This document shows positions 12,976 through 26,617 of a stretch of DNA of 64,000 nt, in pieces. Origin of the DNA: Paraphysomonas bandaiensis. Its lineage: Eukaryota > Protista > Chrysophyceae. Numbering within the stretch: position 1 is the stretch's first letter; every line of letters starts with the position of its first letter. Both the position numbers and the translations under genes were made by a program. Below the pieces are notes generated by a model. The model was not told where the DNA came from, searched no databases, and saw nothing but the letters and a program-made list of their open reading frames with translations. The DNA lies in the NCBI GenBank assembly GCA_965644295.1, contig CBFFRP010000146.1:310001-374000 (forward strand), given 5' to 3'.

Positions 12976-13528
12976 CTATTTACGTTCATTCGCTGAGAGA
13001 GTCACGCAAAACGGCTTTAGTGTTTCGCTAATCAAGGGAATGAACTCATCCATTATTCCAATATTTGCACTTTCTTCAAGAAGAACAGAAACAACAACCA
13101 ACTCCACCTTGAACTGAAGTACGATACTGCGATCGTTCCAGACAATCGTATACACCACGTTGCCCAATCTCAATCTGGAAGACTGTAGTTTGCATATAAA
13201 TATATCAAAACATATTTGATTATATCTAATCACCAACCTGTTCAGCAGAAACAGTGAAGCTTGGAACAAGATTATAGGATTCATCTTGCGTGCAGTCTTC
13301 GCGATTAACTAAAACACAAGTCATTACTCACATCTCAGGAGTGCATCCACTGAACTCACCACAACAAAGTTCTGTTCCCTCTGAACTACATAGTGATATT
13401 GACCTGATATCAGGGTACTTTGATATTGATTTTTGTAAGAATGTTTCCAATGCTGCTCCCTGATTGATGATACATTACATATATATATATAACTACACGG
13501 ATATTATATACATACACACCTTTGGCAT
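12976..13528 (-). CDS. LAMTOR3: Ragulator complex subunit LAMTOR3/MP1-like roadblock protein, 4 exons
   Basis: Spliced product MPK|GAALETFLQKSISKYPDIRSISLCSSEG...SFTVSAEQ|SSRLRLG...VLQFKVELVVVSVLLEESANIGIM parallels LAMTOR3 (F..A.DQGSKLGL...VVQFN..PLVVS......ANTGL). Confidence 0.75.
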
Positions 13529-14014
13529 GTTAGTTACGTTAATTAACGAATGCTGAGGTTATAAGTACTCTGAACTACGTCAGATGGATGGGGTGATATG
13601 CTATCTACCACGTTAGAGCTATAGATATCACGAGATTGTGTTGTTTAGTTATGAGTTGGTGATATATGCTGGACTGTCACAGGGCTCATACAGATGGATG
13701 TACTGTACTGTTCAGTGCCAAGACACTGTGTGTAATGTATAGAAATACACTGTACACATACTGTCACCATGTGCTGCTGTATACAGAGTATATGACTGTA
13801 TACCTTTGATGTACAGCAGCCTAAATACTACTGTGTATGTTGTACGCTGGTATACTGCTGCTGTCATACATGTACAACATATACCAGGTATACGTATACA
13901 CTATACATACATCCCCATCCTACCAAACTCTATACTGTCACACTATATATATATATATGCATATATATCTGTGGCAGCTGGAATTGATTAGCAAGTTCAG
14001 TCACAACTCCAAAC

Positions 14015-14553
14015 ATGGCAAAACATCATCCTGATTTGGTATTCTGCAGAAAACAACCTGGTATAGGTATGATAGATATCTGCTAAGTGCTCTCTGTATA
14101 TAACTGTTGTATGTATGTGCAGCTATTGGGAGACTGTGCGAGAAATGTAAAAATAAATACTATTGTGATTATCTTGTACTGATAAAGTGTTAGGTGATGG
14201 AAAATGCGTAATATGTGATTCCTATGTACGTCCTCATGTTTTAGTAAGAATTTGTGATGAATGCAACTACGGCTCGTTTGAGGTGAGTCAGTTATTATAT
14301 CATTGCACCTTTGTAGCGTATATAATCTTATATAGGGACGTTGCATTATTGATGGTGCCCCTGGAATATCGGATGCTTACTACTGCAGAGAATGTACTCT
14401 ACAAGAGAAAGATGTAAGTGCACATCATGTAATGTCATGCTTGCAGGCTCAATGTTTTTACAGCGGGATGGATGTCCAAAGATTATAAATTTAGGAATAT
14501 CTCGGACGGATCTATTTTATGAAAGAAAAAAGTATGGATTTAAGAAAAGGTGA
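14015..14553 (+). CDS. PHF5A: SF3b splicing factor PHF5A/Rds3, 5 exons
   Basis: [16 protein letters not shown]...[14 protein letters not shown]...[27 protein letters not shown]. Confidence 0.96.
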
Positions 14554-15105
14554 CGTCATGTCCATATAGTTAGAATGCAGTAATTGGATCTCGAACATTC
14601 TCCTGCGTTTGAGTTCAGGCTGTGTGTTTACATCAGCCAGGTACTTCCTACTTCAGTATATCTATATAATAATTATGCTGTAATTCACGCTTTTGTCGCT
14701 TTCAAATTTGAAGATAGTGTACAGTTAGACATGACTAGATGGCAGCTTTCAGATAGATAGTAGGAGAAATTATTTACTGAAGAGTAAGAGGAAATCGTGA
14801 TATTTTCATCCTGCTGATTGAATAAAATAAACAAATAAATTTCTATTATTGAAATTGCAATAAAATTCGCAACTGTAATCGACTACAAACTTAATTGTTT
14901 CGCAGGATCGCTTTTCATACATACTATAATTTATAATTGTATCGCTTTTCAAAGAATTACTGAACGATATCGCATAGTTTACTTATTTATTTTGAAACAG
15001 AAAGAGTTGTGTATACCGCTGTAATAAGATCTCACTTTCCAGGGTTAGGGAACAATTTTTTGAAAAATATATTGATTGGTGGACAGGTGAAAAATTCGAT
15101 CAATA

Positions 15106-15375
15106 TTGTTTATGTTAAACTGGTTTCTTAACTGTAAGGTCCCCAGTCGCGTAGTATGGACTTCCAATATATGTGAATGCCTGTTCAGCGCAGATAACCT
15201 TACTATATCAGCATTGCACAAACGTATTCATCCTAGTACATTGCTGTTGTTTCTGAAAGCTTATCGTGAGTTGTGGCCGGATGAAACCATATTTCAAATA
15301 ATTTTGAATGAATATGGTGATGTTGACGTCACCGATGACGACACAGAGTATGAGTATGAGGAAAATAGATATTAG
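15106..15375 (+). pseudogene. hAT transposase C-terminal dimerisation-domain remnant
   Basis: TSNICECLFSADNLTISALHKRIHPSTLLLFLK....LW resembles the hAT motif S..xERxFS...R.rl.p...llFLk. No upstream transposase body is visible. Confidence 0.55.
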
Positions 15376-15698
15376 CAAAGCACTAAGCAGCACTGGTAGT
15401 GCAGTGGGTTTGATTATCATGTGATCTTAGTGACGATTACTACTAATCTACTAATGGAGTCTATGAAGGGGTTTAGATACTGATAAATGATACTAATACA
15501 TAGCAATACACCGTGTGGAGAAGTAGAGAATACACCATATTTCAGCGAAATATAGTGCTAGAAATATATCAGTTATAGACTACGGTTATCCTGCTTACAC
15601 GCTAACAGCAACATCTACAACAGGGAGAAACGCATGCAATTGCAGAGCCATTCGAGGCGCGTATATGTGCTAATTCGTTATTATTATACCTACTCCAT

Positions 15699-16060
15699 TC
15701 AAAAAAAAATTGAAGACACGCCAAGACCATATTTCATTGGAGCGAAGATGTCAGACAACTGTTTTTGTGTGGTGGGTGCTTGGAAAGGGCTTGACATAGG
15801 AGTAGGGATTGAGTACTGCGCATGGATCGAACTGCGACACACTGGGGCTGCCTCATATCCTACAGAAGGAGTAGAAGGAACAATGGTATGGAATCCTTGT
15901 CTCTGAAAAAATTAAAAAGGATAAGGTATGATGGGATAAGACTCATTGTTATTACCTGCTTGTGTTTGACATTACTCTTGCAGTAGCAGTATAGTCGCTT
16001 CTTCCTCCTAACGAGGTAACAATCCTTGCATATTTTCTTAACAGAAGAACGGACTTTCAT
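15699..16060 (-). CDS. rpl36: Nuclear-encoded organellar (probably mitochondrial) ribosomal protein bL36 with a C-terminal extension, 2 exons
   Basis: [35 protein letters not shown]|RQG (CxxC..C..H zinc ribbon). Stop at 15699-15701. Confidence 0.9.
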
Positions 16061-16908
16061 TATTTAATATATATGAACTATACCACAATGATAGTGATAG
16101 TTTGCCCAGTGATGTATGTATGTGTGTATATTGTATATAGTGTGTGTGTGTTCACTATGTTTGCAACCACAACACGCACATTGTGATGGTGGCCGACACG
16201 ACAGCCGGCCCGGCCTGTATACCGGTATACTGCTGTAAACAGGCATCCATCAAAGGTTTATTTCATAAAAAAAACGATCTATGTAAACTAAAAGCAGGAT
16301 TTTCGAGAGTTGTGTAGAATAAATTCCACAAGGCACAAAGCGAGAAATTGATTAAAAAATGTGTTTTTTTTCAAAAAAAGTTGTCGCAAAAAAGACCATA
16401 GACGGGCTACATATACTCTACTATCCGTTTGCCTGTTTGTACACGACTATGCTGCCATATATTTAACATATGACGGTTTTATCATATAATGTACTCTGTA
16501 AATGTAAGGCTGGTAGTGCATACTGTATTCAGACTATAAAAACTCCAGTTTCATACAATGATTGCTGTAAAAGTGGAATTATTTTAAGGGTTTAGGGCTT
16601 AGGATTAGTAGAAACAAATCTTTTTTTCATTATAATCCCGAAATTCCCAGTTTCTAAACCCTAAACCCGTAATATAGGGATTTCCTAGAGCCTACAGTCG
16701 ACATGAACATAGAGGGGAGGTGGAGGGATGGTTTGACGCACATATAGCACTGGAACGTACTCACTGACTCATATATTCACCATATGGAATTAGTTTGCCA
16801 CACTGCTTGGTATCCTTATAATCCCATAGCCTATCAGCCTCTGCTTATGGTTTCAACGTATCTTCTTGGTGGATCTATCTGTGTATAGAGAGCGATATAT
16901 GCATATAC

Positions 16909-19412
16909 ATGAAGAGAATGACCAGTCGAATGAATATGAAGTCCCTCATTAGCACCTACCCACGCGAGATATTTCTTTTTGCCACAATCATATCAAGCAT
17001 AGCTGCTTTCTTACCTATTATGAGTGGGTTCCACATCGGTCATGTGCCGATGTTCGGGTCAGGCTCTGATAAGTACTGGTTTTATTACCAGCTGTGTCTT
17101 GTGATTGCTCTTTCATCTGCTCTGCCCATGACTTTCGACACACTACTAGATTTCCGGCTCCCAGTAAGTACTTTACTGCCAAGATGGTGTGTAGTGCTAT
17201 CTCTGACAGTTCCCAATATTATTGCCTGCATTGTTTTGGAGAATATTACGAAGGAAACGGTATCTATTGCATGTTGTTGCGTAATTATGCGCGAGACGTT
17301 GATTCGTGGCACATTATTGAGCTTTCTTCTTCATAGCGATTGTTCCTTGAAAACTGCAGTAGTTGTGGTTGGAGGTGGCACTTTCAATTTATTTTCTCTT
17401 CAAGTGTGGCTCTGGGGAAGTATTGACGGATTAAGTATCAATCCTTGTTGGATTCTGATCGCACGAGTACTGAACTTTTTTACTTTAGTAGTTATTAGTG
17501 TTATGCTCATGTTACAGTACCAGGAGTCAAAGCGAACACAAGTGTCACGCTTATATATGACAATTTACGGTACACTCTATGTTATGAACTGCATTTTAAA
17601 AACGGTCGTGGTTGTATTCTTTGGGGATCTGCGATATGTGGTTGTTGGAGATGTCCTCATAGGTATATTTGCAACTACAATACCAGGTCGTCAAGCACGG
17701 CATGAAAGGTCTATTGCAGAAGTGAGTATTATTTTTATATATTCAGTTCATACTTACCTACGATATTTGCAGCATATTGTTAGCACGAAGCGAGATTTTA
17801 TGAGCTATATGTCTCATGAGATTCGCACCCCTCTCAATACCGTATACATGGGTGTTCAACTGCTTGCAAAAGAGTGTGCTGGAAGCACCTTTAACTCTGA
17901 TGTAATGGGAATCATTAAAGATATTGACTCGTCGTGTCAGGTTGCGATCAGCATTTTGAATGAGTTTCTGATGGCTAATAAGATTGAATCGGGGAACCTT
18001 ACACTCGATTTTGACGTAGTCGAAGTCACGGAACTGTTATCCTCGGCGACAGTTCCATTCAACGTACAGGTGAAGAGCATTAGTGGTCGTATTTGCGTGT
18101 GATGTGAGTGTCAACATATAGGCCCGTCAGAAGGGTGTGCGGTACTCGTGTAACGGTGATACGAACATAGATCCGGTTTTCTTGACGAAGAGTATTTACA
18201 TGGAGGTGGATATTCGGAAGATTAGCCAAGTTATAAGAAATCTAATATCGAACGCCCTGAAGTTTACTCCAGCCGGAGGACGGGTCGATGTATATGCATT
18301 TCTAACTCCGAAGCACAAGCAGAGACGAAATAACGGGTCGTTTTCTGTCCATCCCTTCATATCACAAGAGGATGCGATGATTGGTTTTCCCCAGCACGGT
18401 GAAGTGGATATCACGACAGCGGAATTGTCGAACTACTACCTTAGGGTTGAGGTTCATGACAGTGGAGTTGGTATCTCGAAGGTATGCACATACTATTGAT
18501 GCTTTCAGTATTGTTCAGGCTGCTTTGATATCAGGAAAACCAAGAAAAACTGTTCAAAGGTGTCGTTCAATTTAATGCGGCTCAGTTACAAAATGGCGGA
18601 GGGTCTGGATTAGGACTCTGGAGTAAGTACTTTTTTTTTATTTTCTGTACCCTGATGGGTCGATGTGTAGTTTCCAAGAATATAGTAGACATGCACGGTG
18701 GAACCATAGGGGTTACATCGAACCCAGGGACTGGATCCGTTTTTTACTTTCAGCTCGATTGCTTCAAGCAGTTTTCTTCAGCCAACGATGGAAGGACCTC
18801 AACGGCGAATTTCGATGTATATAAGTTCAAAGAATTTGAGGACTCTTCGAACTTGGAGCGAAAGAGTCAAAGTAGTGCAAGCGAACCCAAGCCTACCCGT
18901 TTCGGAAATGTGTTAATCGTGGATGACTCTGCAGTTAATCGGAAAATGGTCAGTCGGATGCTTTCTTCCAGGTCGACACAGATTTCACAAGCCGAGAATG
19001 GTCGAGATGCATTATTGATAGTGAGAGAGTCAATGGAGGGAAATATTAGCCACTTTAATGTTATTATTATGGATGCAATGATGCCTGAAATGGGTGGTCC
19101 TGAAGCCACGAGACGCATACGTGACCTCGGCTATACAGGAGTGATAGTATTTTTGACAGGTAACGTTAGACCTGAAGAACGCGCGGAGTATTTACATGCC
19201 GGGGCGGATGATGTGGTTAGGAAACCATGCACACTGGATGGTCTGGAGGAAGCGATTAATATGGGTACTTTTCTTTATTGTTGCGCTATTTTCTAACATA
19301 GTTTACAGCCAGTAGGAAACGGGTAGAGTCGACCAGAACAGTAACGAGTTACGGATCCACAAATATTTCTCGACGAGATTTTCCCGAAACTGCGGAAGTC
19401 AGTGTTGTCTAG
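16909..19412 (+). CDS. Membrane-bound hybrid sensor histidine kinase (multi-TM + HisKA + HATPase + receiver), multi-exon
   Basis: Several TM helices, SHEIRTPL H-box, NLISNALKFT N-box, VHDSGVGI G1, GSGLGL G2, receiver IVDD...IMDAMMP...RKP. GT-AG introns join the ORFs. Confidence 0.92.
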
Positions 19413-20196
19413 ATACTGCATTTCCTATCTAGTTTCTTATTATTATCTGCCAATACGTTATATTATACATGTTGTCGTACATTATGTCTTGTGAAAACAT
19501 TACTATTTTTATATATCGAAATATAGTGTAAGCTGTCAGCGACCTTACCACAATTTATATTGCAATATATTTCATTTGATCACAGTTATAGCTAATCAAA
19601 GGTTAATAAATCATTATAAATCATAATGACGTAAGTCATAAGATACATCAGATTACAACAATAGCACCCTTCAAGAACATATTCAATTTCGTACTCAGAA
19701 GCTAGGTTCCCCATGTATATAATAGTACAAGTAGTAGTAGTAGTGTTACGAAACGATGAAGAACAGTTACCTGTCTTTAATATATCGACAAGTGGAAATA
19801 GATCAAAACCGTGAAATACAGTTTTAAAGTTTTAACGAATGTGTTAGAAAATGACATAAATGAGAAATACTTTCATCTTTCACTTTATGCTCAATAATCA
19901 ATACAATTAGTCATTCATTGCGAATCCCCATAGTCATTTTATCGCAACTACCAATAATAATTCTTATAGCTATATGTTGCATGTTGCTATGTTAGATGTT
20001 ATATATATATATATCACGATCTTATACACGGTCAATATATTTCAGTTTCACTATTAATACTCTATCACCTCAATAGTTCATTTGATACTGTTAATCACTA
20101 CTGCATTCCTCATTTAACGGTCATAATTCAAAATACCTTAGAACTAAAAGATTTAATTGCTCTCAAACAGCAACAAACGTCATGCTATTAAATAGT

Positions 20197-20590
20197 AAAA
20201 TACCCTCAACAAAGTCGGACTCGCACTTTTTCGTGGTGGGAAATAAGTACTGGAGATATTTCCCCGGGAACCTAACGTGAGCAGCATATAGTCAGCAGAT
20301 GTTGTTCTGCCCACTCATAGCCAAATAAATGCTTGTGTGGTACAAGGGAGACTATAATAAGTGTTACTTGTGTAGACATCTTTGGGCCCTGACGAATAAA
20401 CAGGCATCCGGGAGTGGGCCCACCTCAAGGGAATCCGGGACAGGGCCCACCAGAAGGGTATCCGGGGTATTGGGCTGCCTGCAGAAGTTAAGCATCCGGG
20501 ATGTTCACCTTAAGAACTCAAAAGAATTGAAGTCAGCAGATGTCAGGTATATCAACATTCTGCTTGCTCCCTGCGTTTGCTTTGAGTGAT
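20197..20590 (+). mobile_element. Repeat S, longest contiguous 5'/middle copy
   Basis: ccctcaacaaagtcggac...ttgctttgagtgat, shared with 5457-5655, 60946-61094 and 62648-62735. Confidence 0.82.
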
Positions 20591-21236
20591 TGATGCTGAG
20601 TATGAGTTCACATTATTCGATATCTGTGTGGCCAATGACCTAGGTAATGCGTCAAACTTTCCTCATGATGGATGAATGGCAAATGGCAATAATGTGATTA
20701 GACCTGTCATCATGTCTCTCACACACGTCTACTGCCTAGCCTTGGTTTCTCCTGACCCAGGTCATTGAGATTATATATATCAAGGTTCTGGCACTGTTCT
20801 CCAAGAGCAGTGCCAGAGGTACATTTGTGGTGCTTTTATGTTATTCCTGCTTTTAGTAGGTTTTCATCCGAGCGGGGAAGGTGCACGGTTTCCTACTAGT
20901 GTAAGTCACTCGGGAGAAGAGTGCAAGGTGGATACATGTGCTGGACGAGTGCACACAATGGAGGGAAGATACTGGAGTCAGCTTGAATTTTTAACAGATT
21001 TTGGTAGTTTGTGTTAGGATAAGTAGATTGGGAAGGAGCGCATGATCCGGCTTAAACACGCAACTCGTCGTATGCCCATCATGTAGCTAACTAAATCGTG
21101 CTGTATAGTTGAGCACTTGTCGGTGCATGCAATAGTAACTAGATGAGAGTCATGTTATGCATAGTGTCGCGCGAGTTGTAGGTTGGTCGCGGCAACGCAC
21201 AAGCTCTTGCGCTTCTTAATAATCAGATATTCAATA
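20591..21236 (+). mobile_element. Degenerate 3' fragment of a related LINE that abuts repeat S
   Basis: WIHVLDEC (H-x4-C knuckle end) at 20929-20952, a gcgGCAAcgcacaagc hairpin at ~21188-21205, and a tail taataatcagatattcaata like the LINE end. Confidence 0.5.
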
Positions 21237-21254
21237 AATATAGTAGAATATTCA

Positions 21255-21500
21255 CGAGGTGCAGCCATTTTCGCTCTATTACTCAAAAAGCAAACGCAAT
21301 GAGCACGCAGAATGTTGATACACCTGACATCTATACTTCAGCAGCAGGCAGAAGGCATCCCAATACCCCGGATGTCTGTATATTCGTCAACAAGGCCCAA
21401 AGACGTCTACACAAGAGACACTTATATTAGTGTCCGTCTTGTACCACACAAGTATTTGGCTATGAGTATAGGCAGAAAATTATCATCTGCTGACTTTATA
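21255..21500 (-). mobile_element. Repeat S copy
   Basis: tttcgctctattactcaaa...cagaatgttgata...aaagacgtctacacaag...tttggctatgagt. Confidence 0.8.
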
Positions 21501-22562
21501 TCCCGGAGTACTTTTATACAAAGTACAGGATAACGTTTTACTAGCGATCCAGCAAGAAACATCAACAAGCAACAAGCACTTACATATATATAGGAGTAGG
21601 TTGTAGTTCACTTTTTCACTCTAGAAACATCAGAGCATATATATACTACAACAAAAACTGTGTACGTATGCTTATGATGAAGTCTCTCTGGTAGAGTTCT
21701 AGTCATTGCGTCTGTTGTCTTCTCCGCTTTGGCACAACCTTGTTTAGCGTTAAAATTGAAGTACGATTTCCCATCTCCCGTTTGCTTTTTCGAACCTAAT
21801 GGTACTTGATTCAGTGATATGCTTGGAGCGTTTATGATTTACCGGGTTCTGAGATAGCATTTTTTGTTGGTATTCTATTTTCCATGGCCTTGATGTTAGT
21901 TAAGAATGAGCAATTTCCAATACACCAATACCAACATTCTGTTCTACAAATCATATCTTTAACAGCTACTATATTTTCAGTTTCTTTGTATACTTTTAAT
22001 AGCTAATGTATATTCTGTATTTCATTGCCACATAGTATACAGGGCAGCTACTAGCGATAGGCTTCAACAAGTTTCAAGTACGCACGTAAGAGTTGGTTGT
22101 AGTTCAATACATATGGATGACTTATGTGTATATCAATTACTTCAACTACTCCTCGTCTAGTAGACTCGGTCAGTGGTCAGTTCATCATAGCCTAAGAAAT
22201 ATCTATAAAATATACAATATCTATCTACAAGCTTCATGGCCTTAGGAGTAGGTAGTAGTTAATATTTTATGACAAGATTTGTCATCTACATTACGAGGAC
22301 AGAACTCAACCAAAAATATGAACTTGTCATACATCACGAATTTGACTCCTCCACATGTGATTCTTTTGACTTCAAGGAACAGAGATCTCTTGAATAGTAG
22401 CACGTAAGAAAGATATAAAACGTGTTCAACATGAAACACAAATGCTAATCTTTGCATATCCTCTTATAATTTGTCAGCTTTCTTATCGCTTACTATATCA
22501 CGACACCATGCTCTCACCATGCTCGATCGCACGCTACACTCAAGTGAGTTAAAGCTAATACT

Positions 22563-24067
22563 TCATTTCTGAAATCGGTTGCGATCATGAGGAAGTTGCA
22601 TGTCTTCCAACACACCTGGGCCAGCCGGAATTATACTATATAGAGATGATTAGCATTTCAGCATGTAATTCAGTACGGGACACCTGTAGCAGTTGAGATT
22701 GGTGTGCGAAGTAAAGTAATGCCCCTTAATATGGTCCATGCGGATAACCGAACCAATCACAGGATGTTGATAGAGCTCTCGCATATAATTAGTTGTATTC
22801 ACATACGAGGAAATTGGTCGTTTATTACACTAACCATTATATCACTATAGACAAGTGAAGCAGACGGGCACGAAACGCACCTTGAAATATACGACATACA
22901 CTTCATCATATCGAATGAGAGTCATAAATAGCCTCAAATCCATTCCAGTCAATTGGCTTCCGCAGATATACCTAAACATATGTTTAACGTAAAAACAAAA
23001 CGATGCGTTTCCGAAACCTATTGGTGGCCAAAATCTGTTCCACTCTATCAAGGGCATCGTAGAGTTCAGCCACAGCAGAGTTATAAGCCCCCTGAGTCTT
23101 CGCGAATCCGCAACGATACACTCCTATATTTCGTGCTAATTAAATATACATTACAAACAGCATACACAAGTGAACCATTATTAATTTTATCGTATATCCA
23201 CTCATTTGCAGCGTCAATATCGGCAACGAGGTGTGCAGGATAAAGATCTAATTCCCTTTCTTTACTTCCTTCAGGGAGCAGATGATTGAAGGATGAGTTG
23301 AACATACGCAGAATTTCCTGGCTCTCGTTGTTCACAATACAGTTAGTTTTTTTGTCCCATAGAACAGGAACTGTGTATTTTCCATTTCTGCGAAGTGTGA
23401 ATAATAAATATAGAGACATGATCAAATCTTACGTGTCATTCGAGAGGTCATACAAATCCCTTATAGACGCCGCGTTATTCAACGGATCAGGAATACATCC
23501 ATCGCATGGCATAGAACCTTGCCCAGACATCGGAACGATGGGAGCATCAGTTGGACTAGAATATTATAAGTGTACGAATTGAGAGAGAACACCTTTCACC
23601 TTCTGAATACCCATCCGGCATGTGTGTCATTCGGATCATCTGGTCTTGTCCGCTGCCAGCTATAGTGCGTAATAGATACTCCAATAAATTTTTCTAAACC
23701 TTTGAGGCGAAGCATACAGAGTGTACCATTAGCCCATGGGCTGATACACACACCACTCTATTAGTGCCAGTTATCAGATGGGACATGCCGTTACCATGCA
23801 TATGAGATGTACAGATGATATCTGTTTGCATCAGGAGTAAATTCAGGATGATCAACTGATATAAACTCCCTAAATTTCGACTCTGTCTGTATAAACATAC
23901 ATGAATACGTGCCTCTCATGTCTCATATATATATATACCCTCTTAAAGGCTCCGCTGTCGTCTATATCTTCAAGAGCTGATCGAATCTTCTTTGTGGGTC
24001 TATCAGATGACATTCTTGCAATATATTGTCTTCTATATTTAATTAATGCCCTTCCTCTTGACAGCAT
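22563..24067 (-). CDS. Glutathione S-transferase, omega-like / glutathionyl-hydroquinone reductase (ECM4/YqjG family), multi-exon
   Basis: GAFKR, RYHLYISYAC|PWA, YTVPVLWDKK, IVNNES.EI.RMFN, DLYP, INNG|VYRCGFA, DLRLFMTLIRYDEVY, HIKGHYF.SH. Confidence 0.92.
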
Positions 24068-24875
24068 TATGATTATGATGCATGTATGTATGTATGTATG
24101 GATGCATATGCATAAACGTCATATATCTAGAGCAGTATCTGCGTATCTGTACGTAGTATCTGTACACACCTGATACTCTACGAGGAATACCATACCATAA
24201 AGAGATCTGTATAGACGGTATTTTGGCTGTGGAGTTCTAAATTCAATGGAGAATTTTCAAGGAATATGTAGTAAATATATAGTCCTGTAGTCAGTGCACG
24301 GTGTACGGATCACCTACCCGTACACGGAGGGTTGCTCAAGTATCTTATATCGCATCCATACATGTGTATATGTATATGGACAGCCAGACCAATCCGGGAT
24401 ATAGAAGTCTGTGTAATAACTCCAGTAAAAAGACTCACCTTACTGCCGGAGCCCGTCTGCCACTCGGAGATAGTGACTGTATCACCTCAGCTCGAGCGAC
24501 AGTTGCGTTGCTTCAAAATTCAGGACATACGCGTTCCCATCCAGTAGAGATCTCGTCCATTAACGCAGCAGTGTGCGCAGCAGCGGACTTGTTACTACAT
24601 CAGAAATGCGAAGGGGGCAGCGCATTGAAGAGGGCTTTCTACCCACTAGAGTCAGCAACATATTTCATAGACACATTTAACCCTCCCGACTGTGAAGAGA
24701 CCTGTGTATCGACAGCTGGTTTCGTCGTCTTTTCAGAACTCCTAGTGTTCAGGGTTGCTGACCCTGGACACCCCCGTGTGGGGCTGGATACTGTTATACC
24801 TCGATATCCCGGGGGGTCGAAGAAATACACCGAAAATAAATACTGGTAACATCATGACACATGCATGCTAATATT

Positions 24876-25095
24876 GGGTGACTACCTAAATTGCACAAAC
24901 ACATAAATGCATAAAAAATAGGCTGCATAAACTCATGAATTTATGCAGATTTATGTTTTTTTAGGAGACCCCTCCGGACCCCTCGTGCAAACTATCCTAT
25001 ATGCATAAACATATGCAGAAACTGGGTCTGAATAGATTTCTATAATCCCAGATTTTTTATGCATTTATGTATTTATGCAATTTAGGTAGTCACCC
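24876..25095. mobile_element. MITE, 220 bp, ~45-bp TIRs, 3-bp TSD (ATT)
   Basis: GGGTGACTACCTAAATTGCA...ATGCATAAAAAA is inverted at the other end (...TGCAATTTAGGTAGTCACCC). ATT lies at 24873-24875 and 25096-25098. Confidence 0.88.
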
Positions 25096-25943
25096 ATTAT
25101 GTAGAATTTATTTATGTTAACACAGTTGCTACTGTTACACTGACCATATACATCAGATCATATTCCGAATATAAGTGGGGCTAAACGAAAGGTTGATACG
25201 GCATTCACTTCATGTAGGAATTTATGTCATCACGATATATATATAGTCTCCGTGATTACTCACACTCACCGGTAGTCATATCTGTGCTCTATATCTGACA
25301 CAATGTAGCTCATGCTCGTGTGTTAGTTTCAATTAGCTATTGTACCTCACCTATTCTTCGTCGAATATAAAAGCAATTTAGCTGTAACCAAACATTAGGC
25401 TTGCGTAAAAACAACTAATTGATTTTCAGTTATTTCGATTGCCAGTTAAATTAATAGGCTATTCTTTAAAAAATATTTTTGGCCTGATTTGAGCTCAACA
25501 GATCGCTCATATTAGCACCGGGCAAATATAGACATTCAACTTCAATATTCGGATCAACAGAAACTCACTTACTTTAATCAAACACTCCAAGTTCTATTCT
25601 ATCCTTCGTCTCCTGTATAAGCTCATAATGATGTCAGTGCATGTGATCTATCTTCATAACCTGAATTTCGAAACAACTTCAGTAATATTACAGCAGGAGA
25701 GTTTAAGTGACATATGTTATTATGCTGAAAAGGTGGTTGTGTCACATCGTGCTTATCAGGATGTGTACCTCATGTCATTCATATCAGTTGCACAAGCAGA
25801 GGTTAAGCGTATTGTATATAAATGTGATGATGATGCTAATTAAGGCAATAAGAATTTCAACACCTCGCAGTTGCTATTCTTCCCTCAGTATCTTTCTGTG
25901 GTAGGAGTGCAATTGTTGTCACTATTATATATATTATAGAAAT

Positions 25944-26617
25944 CAGGGCTGCGTAACAATTAATTGCAATTTAACTATTGTCTAATAAACTTAGTTACTC
26001 ATTACAAGCATGTATAGCATCTTCAACCGTGCTTGCATTCCACATAAATCTATTAAAACGCAAGAACATAAGGGTCTCTAATCGATGAGGTGCCATAAAT
26101 TTGCGCTGATCACTCTACTGGAAAGCATTTTACAATAATTACATAGTAGTGGAGTAAATATGCTTCAAGCAGTGGTACTTAGTTGGTTTGGTCGTGTGTA
26201 TATATAGTCGCTTCTGCTCTTGGTGCGTTTGGTGTCTTCTTGTCAGTGAAGCGACACCATCATCTTCTTTTTCCTCTTCTTCATCAGTTCTGTCCAACAG
26301 GAAACGTTTGAGCTGCTCATTCTCAGGTGCAACCATCGTGACCCTTAGGCCATATGAATTAGGCAACATTTCTTTCACTTTTTCAACTTGCTGAGTGAAA
26401 GCATCCAGATATTTATTGTGCTGCTTGATATTGGCTTCAGATTGGTATTCTTTATCGTAAACGCTTTCTTATATTATGTGCTTATACTATAGAGTTAATA
26501 ATTGCCAATTAATTGCAATTTAATAGCAACCTTCCAGAGAACAATTATAATTGCAATTATTACGTATATCCCATGCAATTGATTAATTGCAATTCAATTA
26601 ATTGTTACGCAGCCCTA
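25944..26617. mobile_element. Non-autonomous hAT element, 674 bp, 8-bp TSD
   Basis: TIRs CAGGGCTGCGTAACAATTAA / TTAATTGTTACGCAGCCCTA, ATAGAAAT at 25936-25943 and 26618-26625, subterminal AATTGCAATT repeats. Confidence 0.92.

Noticed and set aside
15699-16060. bL36 with a C-terminal extension and no presequence as a novelty
   Set aside because: This arrangement is already known for nuclear-encoded organellar L36 in plants.
16909-19412. Histidine kinase as bacterial contamination or recent HGT
   Set aside because: It contains several host-type spliceosomal introns, and hybrid HKs are common in protists.
24301-24849. 182-aa ORF upstream of the GST gene
   Set aside because: GTG start, no recognisable domain, and it lies next to a MITE. 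It could be an exon or remnant, but I cannot support a call.
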